A DNA stretch of 64,000 nucleotides from the human T2T-CHM13v2.0 reference genome, Homo sapiens. The notes under the pieces were generated by a model. The model was not told the DNA's origin, made no database searches, and saw only the letters and a program-made list of their open reading frames with translations. Where the stretch lies: assembly GCF_009914755.1 (NCBI RefSeq), contig NC_060935.1. One strand, given 5' to 3'. Position 1 is the stretch's first letter, and each line of letters begins with the position of its first letter. This document shows, one piece after another, positions 54,740 through 64,000 of this stretch. The position numbers and the translations under genes are program-made.

Positions 54740-56887
54740 CTAACCCTTATGTTTCTGTGAGGAACAAGTTTCAACAGGGATAATCTTGGTCCCTCTCCAC
54801 ATACCCTAAGTTGTCTGTGGAGGACTATGGTATTGTTGGTGAGTGTGGGAGAATGAGACAGGCATGCTGTAGTGCCCAGAACACGTTTAGAAAGAGATTG
54901 CATTCAAGTCTGCTTTCTGGGCCACATCCTATATTTATCAGGTTAGGCTCTGCACCTCTGGGAAAACCTGTGACTGGTGAGTAAGCTTAATTCTGGGATG
55001 AAGTGTTAGAAATCCTGTTGAGGCAAGGTACGTGAAGTCATGTCTTCTATTCCAGTTTTCTCAGTAGTACAAATGCTAAAAATTTTGATCTCCATGTTTC
55101 TGAACCCTTTAACTATCTCTCAGTTATGTGTGGTTTGGGCATAGGAGATGAATGTTACGTACTGAACTCGCTGACCACTAAAATTAGACTGATCAACGGA
55201 TTGCTATTGACATAAAGTGGATTTGCTTTAGGCTAGAAGGGCTTCCTAGAGTAGGTGTGTTAAGCAGTCTGTCAGATGGAGGTTGAAACAGGAATAAGAC
55301 CACACACATATGGATAATATTTACAAAATAAAAAAATCAAGTTAACACAATATTAGGTACCCATTCATGCATAGAATCCACATCCTAAACCAATTGCTCT
55401 TTTTGAGCAACACTGGCCTTCCTCTGGGTGCTGAGGGGACAGTCAGTTGCCATTCACTTTGAGATAATGCATTGCTATTTTTTGGATTCTACTGTTTTTT
55501 GTAACACTTAATTGTTGTTGTTGTTGTCGTTGTTTTGAATCTCCCTGAACTTCTGTAAGAGTAGCTTTTATTTTCTTATTGGGCCAACCTTGTAGGTCAC
55601 ATGCTAGGTGTGTGTGTATGAAACCACAGATAGCATCTGAGAATTCAGTTGACCCAAAAGAATTACACTATATATATATATATATTCTCTCTATATATTC
55701 TTTATATATATTTAGATACAGTCTAGAAATGACATTCAGTTCCATCTGAATTTCAACATTTCCTTTTTAAAAAAAATGCTATGCCAATATTTTCACTATT
55801 CTATTGGGATGCCTGTGCTATTGTCTCTGCAATGGGTTCATCTCTGTGGGAAATATTTATTTCTTCCTGCCACCTTCTGTTGAACGTTAACTCACAGGAA
55901 GATTTTCAGGCTTCTTATTTCAAATCTCCTTTTGAAGGAGCTGTGCTTCCTTCTGGGACTAAGTTCCATCAGATATGTCATTGACCATGTCTTAAGAGAT
56001 GTTTTATTCATTCTCTCTGATTAACTAGCTCCTAGTCCTCTCCTGTTTCAGTAAAATAAGGTAAAATGTATTTTTCTTGTCTTCATTAACATTCTTTCTA
56101 TACTTTTATAATTTCCAACACTTAGATTTAAACATGTCCATTAGTTCTCCTCTCTCATATTAAAGTAAAAGCTCCATTCAGGCTGTGACCCTGACTTCCT
56201 CTGTCATTCATGACCTAGTACCATTTGCGGCATACTATAATTTTTTGATAAATACTTTACATTTACTTAATAATCCATGGGGTGGAAAAAAAGATAAAGA
56301 CTTCCCCCAGGCATTTCCACTCAGCCATGCTTTAAAGCTTATAGTAAGTAGAAGAAACTCCATACAAATATAGATTTGGACTGGTGTTGGTACTGTCATA
56401 TTTCCAAGAAAGAATGAAATCTTGAACAGGTAGGCACTCACTAAATATATCTTGAATGAAAGAATATATGACAGAGTGAACAAATAAGTGAACCTCCTTA
56501 TGTTCTATTCTGTTTGCTCCCTAATCCTTCCTTCCTCTGTCCTTATTACCCTGAAAGAAGGCCACAGAATAATAACTGGGAAGTAATGAACTAATTTAGG
56601 TTACTTTCTATTATGGAGTTAGAGTGAGTCCAGTGCAAAATTTGCATTGTTAACACTCTGTGCCTCTGCCTCTGTTGAGTAAAATATCTGTGTCCCATCC
56701 TTTCAGCAACAGGATATTCTCTTTCAATGTTAATCCAATGTTGACACCCATTGAGAATGATCGTGAGGTGAGATGACCCATAACTATACCTGTGTTTCTC
56801 TCCTTTATTCACCTTATGAACACCAACAAGTATAGATGACAATTTATGTCTTCCCAGCATCCCATATCCAGCTCCCGTCTTGCTTAC

Positions 56888-57011
56888 CTCCATGGTTAGG
56901 ATGTCTTCAGCATTCTTCATTCCATTCCTGTGTGCAGCTTTTCTAAGTTCCTTTAAGCCCTCTTCTGGTTTGTTGTTGATAATGAGCCACCGAGCAGACT
57001 CTGCCAGCCAC
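56888..57011 (-). CDS. SLC22A25: SLC22A25 coding exon 5 ([41 protein letters not shown])
   Basis: 124 bp, acceptor ..TTTGCTCAG, donor GTAAGC; ESARWL motif after TM6. Confidence 0.93.
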
Positions 57012-57399
57012 CTGAGCAAAGAAGAGGACAGAGGTGCAGCCAACCACTACTTACTCATTTTTTCACATAACATTTATCCTGAGATGCCTTTCCCCTCTAA
57101 GCTAATACCCACCTCTTGTTTGGTTATACCAGGAAATAAAAGCCTACATTCTCTTGTGCCATCACCAGGAAAATGTAAGGGTGACTCTCTGTGCAGTACA
57201 CATTCACTGTTGGGATAAACACTTGAGTCATATTGGCATCCCTCTTATTCAGCAAATTTGTCATGGAGCTCCTGATGCTGAAGCATGAGGAATCATCACT
57301 TGTACAGATGCCTGCCAAGGTCCTAGTAAGGGCATAACAAATGTCTATTCATAATGTGTTCTTTTTCCTAAAGTAAAGACCCTGAAATAATTGATGTAT

Positions 57400-57565
57400 G
57401 CTTGAGGCCTCATAGAGACTAGATTCATTTCTGGCCATACCATCTATGACCAAAACTGGATATATTAGCAAGTCATTTACCTAAATCTTCCTCAGTTTGC
57501 TCATCTATGTAAATGGGACAATGTTATCATGTATGATTGTTACAGAGATAAGAGGAACTAATGGA
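57400..57565. mobile_element. MIR fragment
   Basis: 'gcaagtcattta.cct....cctcagttt.ctcatct.tgtaaatggg'. Confidence 0.6.
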
Positions 57566-58099
57566 TGAGCCTGACAAGGAGTACACTTTCTCTCTATCTG
57601 AACTTTCTCTCTGTATTAAATCTGTAATTATCTCTCTGAGGTAAAGACCAAATAGGCTTCCTCCACTGAACTGATTTTGTTAAGGGAAGGGGTATAGTTA
57701 ATCATACATTAGGGTTTGTAAAGTAAATAGAAGGAAGAGAGAGCACAGGACAAGATGTAAATTGTTCGTTTTGCCTTTATGTTTTTAACTGGAGCAACTA
57801 TGCAGTTCTTAGAAATGTATACAGGTAAATTGATGTCCCTTCCTATCATCCAATATCACCTACGACAATTAAAAGCATCTCAAACTTTATCACAAATTTC
57901 TTTATAGGGATGTACATATAAACATAGATCACAATTAAGGATATCTACTCAAATATTTTCCTCTATTGGAGAAAACATTTTTGTAATAATTCTGTTTCTA
58001 CAATACTTGTTAAGGAAAGGATGGTCAGGAACATGAATAACTCCCAGGCAATGATTTATTGCTATGTCCTGTCTTATGGGTTATTGGTTTAGCAAATGA

Positions 58100-58320
58100 A
58101 AACGCAGTAGTGATGGCTGACATGACAGAAGCAGAATTCAGAATATGGATAGGAATGAAGTTCACTGAGCTACAGGAGTACATTGTAACCCAATGCAAGG
58201 AAGCTAAAAATCATGTAACACATTGCAGGACCTGACAGACAAAATATCATAGAGTAGAACGTAACTGACCTGATAAAGCTGAAAAACACGCTACAAGAAT
58301 TTCATAATGCAATCACAAGT
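58100..58320 (+). mobile_element. L1 ORF1 fragment (L1PB-like)
   Basis: 'atgacagaagcagaattcagaatatggata..aacccaatgcaaggaagctaa..ctgaaaaacacgctacaagaatttcataatgc'. Confidence 0.7.

Positions 58321-64000
<5,680 letters not shown>

Overview
Primate (very probably human chr11q12.3) genomic DNA from the SLC22 organic-anion-transporter cluster, about three quarters interspersed repeats. Two genes lie on the minus strand: the 3' half of SLC22A25/UST6 (coding exons 5-9 by homology numbering, 57011->37047) and the first two coding exons of SLC22A24 (17028->16627, 8022->7919). All exon boundaries show GT-AG and compatible phases. Highlights: (1) SLC22A25 has lost its intron-9 donor (GTGAGT->GGGAGT) and reads through to a new C-terminus (..RSSVL), leaving an intact but orphaned ancestral last exon (..EDTCSKVTQF*, PDZ-type end) 0.9 kb downstream; (2) a 6.4-kb LTR8/HUERS-P1-type ERV in SLC22A24 intron 1 has the structure of a retroposed RNA (R-U5-PBS-internal-PPT-U3-R-polyA with a ~15-bp TSD), i.e. 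an L1-mobilised ERV processed pseudogene, nested in an Hsmar1 mariner; (3) three separate insertions are inverted copies of nearby sequence (34124-34384, 45832-45917, 49030-49156), consistent with template-switching repair scars. No RNA genes or CRISPR arrays were seen. Repeat subfamily names come from recognition of consensus motifs, not from a database search.
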